From Zancudomyces culisetae HAW-14-8 (lineage: Eukaryota > Fungi > Kickxellomycota): DNA of 64,000 bases. The DNA is taken from NCBI GenBank assembly GCA_052426225.1, contig JBNJNM010000021.1:1798001-1862000 (forward strand), in the 5' to 3' direction. The notes beneath the pieces are model-generated. The model did not search any database, was not told the DNA's origin, and was given only the letters and a program-made list of their open reading frames with translations. How positions within the stretch are numbered: position 1 is the first letter of the stretch; every line of letters starts with the position of its first letter. The position numbers and the translations under genes were made by a program. Of the stretch, positions 39,681 to 51,179 are shown piece after piece.

Positions 39681-41067
39681 AATTCAGTGTTTCGATCATA
39701 GAACACACAATGAGGATTATAATATTTGAAAAGGAAATAAACCAATGGCAGCCACAAATTTACAAAAATTAGAGGGCTAAAGGTCTAATAATATTAAACA
39801 GTTCTCGGTTCTTTGACTCTTTCAAAGAACAATTGAATAAACAACGTAGGGTTTAGTCTATTGACCTTCATTACATGTTCTTGAAATATGAACATTTTTA
39901 ATGGATGTCCAAACGGCTATTTTTGACCTAATAATATGTATTTACCCAGAGACCAACTATGCCTTTGGACAGCCCAGTGTATGAAATATATGGTTCGGTC
40001 AATTATTTTCTATTTAGCAAATATATTGTATATATCGGCAAGCTTGTAGGAATTAGGCATCTGCGTACCATATTAAGAAGCCTAGTCATTTATCCCTAGG
40101 TATATGTTCATCACTTTACAGTTATTTACGGGAATTTTGAGGGTAATCAAAATATCTCCGGAAAACTCAGTTAATGCTAAACTAAATGTTGGGAATGAAA
40201 TACATCACCATGTCTATTGTCAAGTATATCAAATAATCACGGTGTTTTTATAGTGTTGTACATATTTTTGATTAAAAAAAAGGCATGTTTGTTAATCTGC
40301 TATAATGTAATTGTACTTAATAGCTTATTTGATGACACTCCTAGAAAATCTAGACTGAATTTCGTCCAGTTCTGTGTTCATTTATCTCTAACCTGCTGAT
40401 CTAGAGTTTTGTGTTGGGAAATGCCTAATGACTAACTTTTTGCTGTCTGGATGTTTATTGTGTGTAGATTTTTTTGATGGTGTTTACTCGGTGGAGAAAA
40501 TGATCTATTATTAAAAAAACCGGGAAAAGAATCCTTCAACCTAAAGAGTGTTGGAAATCCAAGTAAAACAAAAAAGTTCATAATACTAAGTAATCATCTA
40601 AATCTTGGATAGTGCCTTAAAAAAATGCACATGCTACTGCAAAAAAAAAAAAAGTATTAAAAAAAAAGACTCAGCCCTACCAGTAAAAGTTGCTCAACCC
40701 AAATCATTTCGCTGTTTTTTTCCTTCAAAAAAATTTTTTTTAGAGTTGCACATGTAAACAAAATCTTTTTTTTTTACAGAGGTGAAGCGAAAACTTACAA
40801 ACAGTAAACTTAAGGAACCAACTATCAAGAGTCGATATGGGAAGTGTGATACGAATTGTCATTCAAAACACAAATGGCAAGTGGAGCGCCCAGTTGCATA
40901 AATAGGGGGGGAAGGGGTGTTCGTATGTTTGATTATGTAATTCTATCCTAGAAGCCATTTTCTAAACAAAGCTGCTCGCTTTGTAATATTATTGCCACTT
41001 TCAAAACATACTCAAAAGGCAAAAAAAAAGCAGAAAGTAAAAAACGGGTGTTGGTGTCCGGTATACA

Positions 41068-42411
41068 ATGGAGTGCATAAAGGAAAATCTTAGTAATGAA
41101 GAGATATATCTAGATACTAAAGAAGCTCTCGGAAACACTACATCAGGGAGTAGCAGCGCAACAGAAATAGAAACATACAAGGAATATGTGGATCATGGAG
41201 AAAAGCCTGATACCGGTAAGGCATGGCTGATCCTAGCTATAGGGTTTGCAAATTATGTTGTGTTATTTGGGTGCTATATGTCGTTCGGAATTTTTCAATC
41301 ATACTATCTGAAAGTGATGTTTCCGGATACGCCAGCAAAGATCGTTTCGTGGATAAGCACAATATCTACATCATTTACAATGTTTTGTGGACCCACAGCT
41401 GGACCACTGCTGTCGGTTCTTGGTATAAAGCCAACTTTGGCTCTTGGATCAATACTTGGATCTCTTGGACTGCTTTTGGCATCATTCTCGTCTCAAGTTT
41501 GGCAGCTTGTTTTAACACAAGGAGTGATGTTTGGATTTGGCGCAGCACTTGTCATTAACTGTTCGTTAACACTGACGTCGATATGGTTTGAGAAAAAAAG
41601 GTCACTTGCACTGGGTATAGTCTCATGCGGTGGCTGTGTAGGAGGACTCATATTAGTTCCCATTCTGTCTGCTGTGCTTACAAAGATTGGTTTTGACTGG
41701 TCATTTAGAATTTTGTTTGTTCTCAGTATTGTTACAACAGGCATAAGCATATTTATACTTAAGCCCAGGCAAGGGTTCAAACCAGACAGCAAACCTTTGA
41801 ACTTATCTCTACTGAAGGACAAATATATGATACTCCTTGCTCTATACTGTTTCATGACTGGGATGGGTGAATTGGTACCATTTCAGTATTTTTTGGCAAG
41901 TATAGTAGATATGGGGGCCAGTCCAAGCCTGTCATACAACCTTCTCATGATTTTTTGTGCCGCCAATCTTATTTCTAGGTTCTGCATTAGTTTGATTGCT
42001 GATAGGGTTGGGATCACGAATATTATGATTGTATGTAATACAATGACAGGGATATTTACAGTTACGCTGTGGTATATGAGTACATCCTTTGCTACCAGCT
42101 TAACTTACTACATCGTGATTGGGTTGATATCAACTGTCGGGTTTTCAGCTGGACCTATGCTTGTGGGTGCTCAATATCCTAAGGAGCTAGTATCGCAGGC
42201 TAACGGATTATTATATCTTGCGTATGGTGGCTCATACCTCATCAGCGGTCCGCTGGTAGGGTCCATTTTTGATAACGTTGGCCACAGAAAATCATATTCA
42301 GCAATCATAATAGCATGTGGAATTTTTTACCTGATATCAGGAGCCTTAGCCTTGGGAATAAGAATCTACTCGAGAAAATACATCCCACGACTCAAAAGCG
42401 GGCCCCTGTAG
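41068..42411 (+). CDS. MFS transporter, monocarboxylate (MCT/MCH) family, paralog A
   Basis: DTGKAWLIL, SFGIFQSYY, LTQGVMFGFG, WFEKKRSLALGI and ADRVG motifs; about 12 hydrophobic segments. Confidence 0.9.
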   Translation: MECIKENLSNEEIYLDTKEALGNTTSGSSSATEIETYKEYVDHGEKPDTGKAWLILAIGFANYVVLFGCYMSFGIFQSYYLKVMFPDTPAKIVSWISTISTSFTMFCGPTAGPLLSVLGIKPTLALGSILGSLGLLLASFSSQVWQLVLTQGVMFGFGAALVINCSLTLTSIWFEKKRSLALGIVSCGGCVGGLILVPILSAVLTKIGFDWSFRILFVLSIVTTGISIFILKPRQGFKPDSKPLNLSLLKDKYMILLALYCFMTGMGELVPFQYFLASIVDMGASPSLSYNLLMIFCAANLISRFCISLIADRVGITNIMIVCNTMTGIFTVTLWYMSTSFATSLTYYIVIGLISTVGFSAGPMLVGAQYPKELVSQANGLLYLAYGGSYLISGPLVGSIFDNVGHRKSYSAIIIACGIFYLISGALALGIRIYSRKYIPRLKSGPL

Positions 42412-44517
42412 TGTTCAAAATGAGGAAACAATAGGCACAGCACAGCCTTTTACTGTTTAGCGGTTGTAGATTATATCATCTATTAAAAAAGGCTGGTGTG
42501 CCCGAAGAGTTCACAGTGTGACACAATTTGGTTTCTTTTAGTTTGCTGACGATTTCTTATAATTTATGATGTAAACAATACATTTTCTTTGTCATTATTG
42601 GACTTAGAATTGGAATTGGAATTGGAATTAATATTGATATTGATATTAGAGGTGGAGAAGATGATGATATTCGAATTAGTATCACATCAATTGTTTTTTT
42701 TAACAACAGCTCGGAGCGCTGTGTAAATCAAAAATATGCACCATGTCCAACTTTCCGAAAACAATAGTATATTGTTTTTGTTGGAGAAAGTGGAGTTGAA
42801 ATGATACTTTATTAGTTTACGTGTCATCCTCCGAATACCGAATTTACACAATGCGGCTTTTACGCTATAAAAAAAGACATTTTTATGGCGAGATGAATGC
42901 GGTATTCCCGTCGTTAATTTAAAATATTTTTTATACATAAGTGCCTCACTCGTTTTAGTCGAAATAATCTCACCATTTATTTATAGAATAACATGTTTTC
43001 TTTTTCAATTGAGGGTATGTTTGTTTGTAAATCTTATATAATAAATTACACAAACGTGTTCTGCAAGTTTATGCCTTCGCCTGTTTATTTTTGGAAATAT
43101 GGACCTTAATTAAGTGGGTACATGGTATGAAGACGGTTTCTTGTCTACATAGTGGTTACATTAACAACAATGTACATCCAATTGAATCGGAAATCGAAAC
43201 GTAAAATAGTTTCGTCCCCAACAATAAATTATGTATTTTTTTTATTGTTGCTTGAAGAACGTATTAAAAAAATATCACATAAAGCTACAAAAAAATAATC
43301 CTAAATGGTATCTACCTATCCAATTCCCCTCCGTTCCTCTAGGAACTTGATACCCACCAGGTGTTGATTCAAGTTATGATATGTTTAGTACCTTGTAACT
43401 CATCTGTAAGAAAAAAGAACCACCAGTATGTACCCAACGACACAGGTTCACTATAGTAGGGTCAAGCATCACTCATCATATTATAACGAACAGAATGCCA
43501 TCCCTTCCAGCAACGTGCAAACACCCAATCCTTGAACTAGCGCTCAACTTCCACCGTGAGAATATGGAAGCTCAAAAAACAGACGAAAATTTTTTTTGTG
43601 CTACTCCACCGACACGTATAAACATGATAGTTGTGGCTTTGGGGATGTTCCTTTTACATGCGTCGTAATACGGCTTATGATAGGCCTTCCATAGTCATCC
43701 AAACCTATAATTAGCTTAAAAGGGATATCGTGCTTGGTTATTCATCAAATCGAGCTTCCCTTGTTACGTCAAATCTGGAGAGTATAGAGAACACCTAATT
43801 TCAAAAAAAATTTTTTTTTTCTCGATATGCACCGGATCCCACGGGATTTCAGGGCTTGTAGCCTCTAGGCTGTTGGAAAACATCTCACATTTCCCATTTT
43901 ATTAAATCGGATAATATTACGTAACTATATACCAATACTTTGACATTTACTTAATCTCATCCCATGTAGAGCATGGGAAAGTATTAACTGTTAAACGATT
44001 CCAAGTCTCCCCAACAATATTTGATTAACAACAGAATCCACTGTGTCAGGATTACATAGTGTTGAGCTGTATTCAAAATAAAAAAAACAAATGTTTGCTA
44101 AATGCTTAATAAGTATTATTAATGTTGTACAAATGGCAACAAGTGGAAAATTCTAGCATATGTTGAAAGAAAACCATAGTGGATCTATGGAATTTAATGG
44201 CAACGTGCCAGAAACGAAGTGATTAACTTGCTCTGGGCTAATCAGGGTAATGCGAACCGAGGTTACAGGGAAAAAATGACAGGAGTGAATGCCGGTTGCT
44301 TGCTATTCATTACTAGCAAGCTTTATCCTTACTTTCACCTCCTCCTAAAGTATCATGGTACATTATTCTGCTTTCATTCATTTGCGTATATAAACAAAAA
44401 GTTTTTCCTCTTTATCCTAAAAATAGATATCAAATTCATCTATCAATAACCAGATACCAACTTAAAAGGTGGTGCGAATAGCATTAAAAAAAAACACCCA
44501 TACAACGTGAGGACAAA

Positions 44518-45843
44518 ATGGGTAAAGAAAATAGAATATCAAGTTGCGCAAATACAGTTGTGGACGGCGAGTTTTCCAGAAAATGTAGTTTTGACAGCGT
44601 AAACGGCACTGAGAACCAGAGCAACTTAAAGGAACAAGTTGATACTGGTAGAGCATGGCTGATATTGGCAGTAGGTCTCGCAAACTATATTGTGTTATTT
44701 GGGTGCTACATGTCGTTCGGAATATTTCAATCATACTATCTAAAAGTGATGTTTTCAGACACACCAGCCGATGTAGTTTCATGGATAAGTACAGTATCTA
44801 CCTCTCTTATGCTTGTATGTGGGCCTGTAGCCGGCCCGCTCATGTCAGTTCTCGGTATAAAGCCAACTTTGGCTCTTGGATCAATACTTGGACCTCTTGG
44901 ACTTCTTTTGGCATCATTCTCGTCTCAAGTTTGGCAGCTTGTTTTAACACAAGGAGTGATGTTTGGATTCGGCGCAGCAATTCTCATCAACTGCTCGGTG
45001 ACATTGACATCAATATGGTTTGAAAAAAAGAGACAATTCGCATTAGTTGTGCTTTCATTTGGATCTCCGTTGGGCGGACTTTTCTTTGTCCCCGTAATTT
45101 CTTTTGTACTCAATGGGGTTGGTCTCAGCTGGGCATTCAGAATTCTTTTTGCCATTAGCTTCGTTATAACTTGCGTAGGAGTATTTGTGCTTAAACCCAG
45201 ACAAGGGTTCAAGCCAGACAGCAAGCCTTTGAACCTATCTCTGCTGAAGGACAAATATATTATACTACTTGTACTTTACTGCTTGGCAACGGGGATGGCA
45301 GAACTAATACCATTTCAATACTTCTTGGCGAGTATAGTGGATATGGGATTCAATAAGGGCCTATCATACAATTTACTGCTAATATTCTGTGGAGCCAGCT
45401 TGTTGTGTAGGGTTACCATGGTACTCATTTCGAATAGAGTCGGAATCACAAACATGATGCTGGTTTCTAATACATTAACAGGGATATTCACGCTTGCGAT
45501 GTGGTATACAAGCACATCCATTCCTACTAGTCTGGTCTACTACGTTATCTTGGGCTATGTTTCTGGTGTAGGATTTTCGGCTGGACCTGTACTTGTTGGT
45601 GCCCAATACCCTAAAGAGCTAGTATCACAGGCTAATGGGCTGTTATATCTTGCGTATGGTGGATCCTATCTTATTAGCGGTCCACTAGCCGGCTTTATTT
45701 TTGATAAAGTTGGCCATCGAACATCATATTCGGAGGTAATACTTGTGTGTGGAGCCTTCTACTTGCTTTCTGGAGCCATAGCTCTGGGAATAAGAATCTA
45801 CTCGAGGAAGTATATTCCACGACTCAAGAACGGGCCATTATAA
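44518..45843 (+). CDS. MFS transporter, monocarboxylate (MCT/MCH) family, paralog B (tandem duplicate)
   Basis: Same motifs as paralog A, colinear with it, and a shared C-terminus RIYSRKYIPRLK.GPL. Confidence 0.9.
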   Translation: MGKENRISSCANTVVDGEFSRKCSFDSVNGTENQSNLKEQVDTGRAWLILAVGLANYIVLFGCYMSFGIFQSYYLKVMFSDTPADVVSWISTVSTSLMLVCGPVAGPLMSVLGIKPTLALGSILGPLGLLLASFSSQVWQLVLTQGVMFGFGAAILINCSVTLTSIWFEKKRQFALVVLSFGSPLGGLFFVPVISFVLNGVGLSWAFRILFAISFVITCVGVFVLKPRQGFKPDSKPLNLSLLKDKYIILLVLYCLATGMAELIPFQYFLASIVDMGFNKGLSYNLLLIFCGASLLCRVTMVLISNRVGITNMMLVSNTLTGIFTLAMWYTSTSIPTSLVYYVILGYVSGVGFSAGPVLVGAQYPKELVSQANGLLYLAYGGSYLISGPLAGFIFDKVGHRTSYSEVILVCGAFYLLSGAIALGIRIYSRKYIPRLKNGPL

Positions 45844-46021
45844 ATACAAATTTTGGCAAACGTGTTGATAACATTTAACCTTTATTTTTGCATTTTTCAA
45901 TTGTATATATCACTTCAATCCATTCCCCATTTTTTTACAACTGTTTATTTCTTGTATATAGTTTTCAAAAATAAAAAAGCCTTATAAATAAAATAAAATA
46001 AAACAAAATAATACTAGCAAA

Positions 46022-46540
46022 TTAAGGGCGTGCTCCTTGATACTCTTGTTTTTCTAAGAGTGGGATAGCTTTAAAGCTTATAGATTCTGCTTGGTTATTA
46101 TATGTCGCTTGGTATGCACTGTTGTTATTCATTTCTTCCAACACTTGCTCCAATTCATGCCTAAAACTTTTGAACTGGTAAATGTAATCATATTTCGCCA
46201 CAACAGTTGTAAATATCCATAAGGCTGTTCCGGTAGAATTCACTTTGACCGAGTACTCTGCTGCCATATTATAAGAGTCGCTAATTTGTGCCAGGTTATA
46301 ATCGATATCCCAAGTTCCGATTGCATATGTTGGTATTTTAATGAAATCTGTCTCCCTTTTCCCAACAATTATGGTACTCATTAGATCTTTGTAATAAGGT
46401 TCTGTTCCACAATGTGCCCAATCCTCTGCATTGTCATTACATACATATGCCTTTGCATGTAACAACAGTAAATATAAAACCATGATAATATATGCTACTC
46501 CTCTACTCGCTAAGATGCAATTATTGTTTTTTCTCTCCAT
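46022..46540 (-). CDS. Hypothetical secreted protein (172 aa)
   Basis: ATG-initiated intronless ORF with a hydrophobic leader ending AKA and a globular-looking mature part. No family recognised. Confidence 0.6.
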   Translation of the reverse strand: MERKNNNCILASRGVAYIIMVLYLLLLHAKAYVCNDNAEDWAHCGTEPYYKDLMSTIIVGKRETDFIKIPTYAIGTWDIDYNLAQISDSYNMAAEYSVKVNSTGTALWIFTTVVAKYDYIYQFKSFRHELEQVLEEMNNNSAYQATYNNQAESISFKAIPLLEKQEYQGARP

Positions 46541-47188
46541 CTTTGTTTACGACTTTGTTTCAAATCAACTGATGTTTATTGGATTACAGTTAAAAATAAA
46601 AGTGTGTTAATGCTAAAATTTTGAAGTGCTCCAAACACTGTATTGATGTATACTATATTTAGACTAATTCACTTAATTAGAGATGTTCTTTATAACTTGG
46701 GCTATCTAATAAATACAAAAGCTGAATTTTTGTACAAGCATATTTAGAACAGTTGGATTGCAAATATTATTATCATAACCCAGTAGATGTGTGTGTGTTT
46801 TATCCGTCGCCTAGTAAATCTTAGTGTGGTGATTTTTACAAACTGTTAGTTCAGCATTGCAAAAAAAATACTAGTTTATTTTGTATATAATTTTAACATG
46901 TTCTAGTAAATCAAAACACCTGTTCGTAAAGCACTACTTCAAATACCAGAATTATTAAATAAGTACTTCTGCACTACTAAAAAGTCCCAAAGATATAAGT
47001 AAAAAACAAATTAACCGCGAACTCATAAAAACATGAAAAGAGCTACTCAAGACCATGTTTGACAAATTAAAAATTATATTGCCCAAAACCTCGATAAAGA
47101 ATCTAAATACTTGGATTACTTGGTCTATCTTGCGAAAAAAATAAAAATAAAACGGATACAACACTGGTGAAGTGAAGTAAGCTGCCAT

Positions 47189-48325
47189 TTATAATAAGCT
47201 ACGCAGTGTTTTTGCTGCGGATTCGACAGTAATGTCTCTTTGTGGCTCGGCGAGCAATTCAAAGCCCACTAAAAATTTTTTAACGTTTTTTCCTCTTAAT
47301 AAAGGAGGATAAAAATGCATGTGGAAATGAAATAGGTCCATTTTTGGGTCATTCAATGTAGGAGACTGATGAATGCCCATGGAAAAGGGAAAGGTGCAGC
47401 TGAAAAGTTTGTCGTATGTGCGATTAACTACCAACAGTATGTCTGAAAAATCGTCTAGCACCGTGGGGCCGCCGTGAGATTCAGGAGCAATAGTAGGTGA
47501 TGTTATTTCGGCTATCGATGCCAGATGTTTTCTAGAAACAATCAAGAGTTCGAATGGCCACACAGCCCAAAAAGGTACAATTGCAACAAATGATGCATTT
47601 TTGTAAAAAACTCTATTCTTGGCATCATGTTTTTCGTTCAACAGCTCCACCCTCGTGTATTCACATAGTAAGCATTTTTGATTGTTCTGCTCACTAAACA
47701 TCTCAAATGAAACCATTTCTTTATAGGGCTCACCTACAAGCTTATTCAGAGCCCATACCTGGCAGTGAGGGTGTGGGTTAGAGCACCCCATTATGCTACC
47801 TTTGTTTTCAAAGAGTTGAATATAGTTAATATGAGGCTCTGATGATAATGAAATGTAGATATCGGACCACGTTTTTATAATAGATTTGACGTCTATTGGT
47901 GTAAAATCGGAAAAGCTTTGATAGTGATATGGAGAGTACACAATAACTTTACATTCTCCTGTTACTGGTTCTACTCTAAACAAAGATTCTGTAAAATCTG
48001 ATTGTACCGTCAAAGTTCCAATATTTTCACCAAAATCCATGCCTTCATTTCGAGAGTTATTTGATGATATTGCTGAAAAATCGTTTTCAAATACATAGGT
48101 CGACTGATAATTCTCGTTTACTTTCCCATTTGCGCGTTTGTTTCCGGGGCACAAATAGCAATTTGGATCATATTGTAGCGAACCTTTGTTTTTTTCGGTG
48201 CTTTCAGAGTCTTCCAGCTTTCCTTGCCAAGGTCTTTTCATCCGTTGAGGAGAACATAACACCCATTCTCGAATCAAAGGATTATATCTTTGATGCGAAT
48301 TGTTGTTAAAGTCGAATTCCTCCAT
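47189..48325 (-). CDS. GAL7: Galactose-1-phosphate uridylyltransferase, intronless
   Basis: RYNPL..EWVL.SP.R.KRPWQG, CYLCPGN, FENKG..MGCSNPHPHCQ, VPFWAVWPFE and HFYPPLLR...KKFLVGFE. Confidence 0.97.
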   Translation of the reverse strand: MEEFDFNNNSHQRYNPLIREWVLCSPQRMKRPWQGKLEDSESTEKNKGSLQYDPNCYLCPGNKRANGKVNENYQSTYVFENDFSAISSNNSRNEGMDFGENIGTLTVQSDFTESLFRVEPVTGECKVIVYSPYHYQSFSDFTPIDVKSIIKTWSDIYISLSSEPHINYIQLFENKGSIMGCSNPHPHCQVWALNKLVGEPYKEMVSFEMFSEQNNQKCLLCEYTRVELLNEKHDAKNRVFYKNASFVAIVPFWAVWPFELLIVSRKHLASIAEITSPTIAPESHGGPTVLDDFSDILLVVNRTYDKLFSCTFPFSMGIHQSPTLNDPKMDLFHFHMHFYPPLLRGKNVKKFLVGFELLAEPQRDITVESAAKTLRSLL

Positions 48326-48542
48326 TCTGTAAATAATAGACCAAGAAATACTTCTGAACTCCTATGTTCTACGACAAAAGAAACGATAATTTATGATGAT
48401 TTGCTGGTGGCTTAGCTAATTGAGGCTCATTATCGTTGTCCTTAATCATTTGAACTTAAAAAAAAGTTGATAAACACGCAAAAACTGTCCAGAAAAAAGA
48501 TGGTCACGATAGATTTATTTTTTTCTAGTTAAACCAAATAGA

Positions 48543-49857
48543 ATGCATAGATATCACTACTTTTCCAGGGGGCCGGTCAACAGGGATATACGATGTATCA
48601 GTGGAATGTCGACGCTAGCCTGGCTACCGGGGAGTAGGACGGCAATTTACAATGCTCAACCCGCTTTAAATGCCTTTAATAGCCTGATTTACAGGAAAAT
48701 CCACTGTAGAAATAGCCACCCAAACAGCGGGCCATGTGGAAAAGAAAAAGAACTGAAAGATAAAATAGCGCACAAGATGGACTCAACAAGAAACACAAAT
48801 AGATTGTGGCTTAGTGGCCGAACCAATTTTTCAACCACAAGTGTTGCAAGTACAACCGAACGTACAACAGGCCCATCCTTGGGTACAAGCACCGACATAA
48901 ACAATGGGGCTCACAAGAATATAATTAGGGGTAGTGGACCTATACTGATATTTAATTCGCGCTTTGAAAACTACATCAAGCTGATCAAAATCACCTCTTT
49001 TTCCTCAGCAGCATTTACCATTTCAATGTCGTCTGGGTTGTTGTATGCCCAGGAATATGGTTTGGTTAGTGCTCCTGAAGCACCACCACTGCTATTTTCT
49101 ATTATTTCTGCCAGTCTAATGACACTAACGGCAGTCCTGACATTTAGATATTTTAAAAACTTTGTTGTAAAAGTATTTTTAGTACCAAGCAATGCAGAAA
49201 CAAATGAAAAAGTACACGATTTGGAAAAGGGTACTAGTATGAATAATCAGTCAGGAGTAAAGAGTTTTGGTGAGATTATGGCAAAGAAGTTTGATGCTAA
49301 TGTACATAAAAACGCTCACAATACCGGTAATAGCTTAGACAATGGGATAAAAGAGGTCATAGATGGCATGCTTCTAGGCCCATTCACTGTCAATGGTAAA
49401 AAAAATGTTTATGTGGATGTTACGCCCGATTCACAATTGGTTTTTTCAACACCAAGGCTCTTTAACCTCGGAAAATTAAACCATACAATTTCCAGGATCG
49501 ACTGTATTAACCAAATATATAATAACAAGTATAAGATCAGAAAAAGTGGTAAACCCCCTCAGGCCGTAATATATGGTAAGTTTCCGTAATGGTGAAGGTA
49601 GCGATAATAGCGGTGTAACCATAGTAAACTAGAAGCAGAAGGGGGGAAGTGATGTTAAATCTATGTTCTAAAGCCAGGTATATAACAGGTGATGTATACT
49701 ACTTTTAGATGGAGAGAATTTTGTTCCACAAACGGGCAAAGAGGCTAAGAAGCCGACGATGGATCTATTTACGCTATATTCGAATCATTCAAGAAGCCAA
49801 GCTGAAAAGGGATTCATGAAGCAGATAAATAGAATTCTGGGGAAAAAAGTCATGTAG
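48543..49857 (+). CDS. Probable mitochondrial two-TM membrane protein (TMEM70/TMEM186-like). Exons 48543-49575, 49709-49857
   Basis: Arg/Ser-rich presequence-like N-terminus and two TM helices (KITSFSSAAFTISM...; LLFSIISASLMTLTAVL), followed by KNFVVKVFL. The GTAAGT...TTTTAG intron is in frame. Confidence 0.5.
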
Positions 49858-50147
49858 CAGTGTTGATTTCCAGGGCTCGAACTATCGGCTTATATGATAT
49901 TCGTATCCACTAGTGAAAACATCCTGCTATGAATTGTGTATTCCTTGCTGTAAGCTTTACCGTTGTTATTTTTTTTTGAATTAAAAGTTAATGATTTCAA
50001 TTAATGATTACAGAAAAGGACAAGAATCGATAATAAATTATAGTTTATGCTGACAATATTGGGTTTGATAATTAATGCCTATGATGTTTTTGTGATGGTT
50101 CTGGAAGTACCAGAAAAATAAAGGGCAGTTTAAAGCAAAAACTGGAG

Positions 50148-51179
50148 TTATTGTAAAGTGGTATAGTTTTGCGATTTCTCTCTAGCAAGTTTATATCTTC
50201 GAATACGCTCGATTCGCCTTTCAAGTTTCTTATTTTCATACAAGTCCTTAACCGAGATGGTGTGTACACAGCCAACGACAGGGCATTGTTTCTTAGAATT
50301 ACAAAGATACTCAACAATGGCTCTTTTAGAGTAGCTGTGACCACAGAATTTGCTCGTCATCGGTGACTCTAGGTAGTTTGTGGTTAGTGGGCAGTGCAAC
50401 ACAACAGTTGTGTCGGCAACTACAAGATCCTCGTCATCCTCATCTTCCTGACCTTCAAATAGTGGCGGCATTGGAACATTTGGGTTTTTTAGCTCCCAAA
50501 GCTGCGTTTTATAGTCTTTGTACCATTCCTCTTTTCCCAGCTTTTTTCCAGAAGGTAGGTTTTTATAACTTTCGTACTGAGAATTTATTTTTTGGAAAAA
50601 ATCTTTTTTTAAATTGCTGTCGTGCTATAATTGTTTCGTAGAGTCATTATGTATAAAATGAAACGAAATAGACATATTTGTTATAATGACATATGTATCC
50701 ATTGTGCACAAAGAAATGGGTTGTATTAGAGAATGCTTACTCTAATCTCAGAGTTGCGGAGACTATCAATTTCGTTGATTGAAATATCTAAATGATGCTG
50801 AACATGATTTAAGTCGGTAAAAAGGCATTCAGTATCTACAATTTCCTATGTTTATGATTTTTTTTTGAAAAAGTAAGTATTAGATCACATCGAATAGGGG
50901 AAGAGGGTTAGTAGTATATATTGATACTTCACTAGCTCAGAAAATTTGAACTGAATCGGGATAAACAGGTAATCTTACCGAAACGTCTACATCAAACTCT
51001 TCGAGATCGATACACGTCAGAACCGAGGAATCTGTTAGTTTTTGTAGTTTGTTTTTTAGAGCATTTAGATCTTGGTTGATTCGTGTTAAATTGTTTTTAA
51101 AAATAGAAGAGTCAGCAGCACCCGCACTCGATCGCGTTATTGTTGTGGTTGGTGATGTTTCTTCGATATCCGAGCTCAT
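50148..51179 (-). CDS. NSE2: SMC5/6 E3 SUMO ligase Nse2/Mms21 (3 exons)
   Basis: Acidic DEDLVV followed by the SP-RING CPLT...P..S..CGHSYSK.AI..YL......CPVVGC. Confidence 0.88.

Noticed and set aside
49870-49900. GTTCGAGCCC on the minus strand as a tRNA T-loop
   Set aside because: Flanks do not form a T-stem or cloverleaf.
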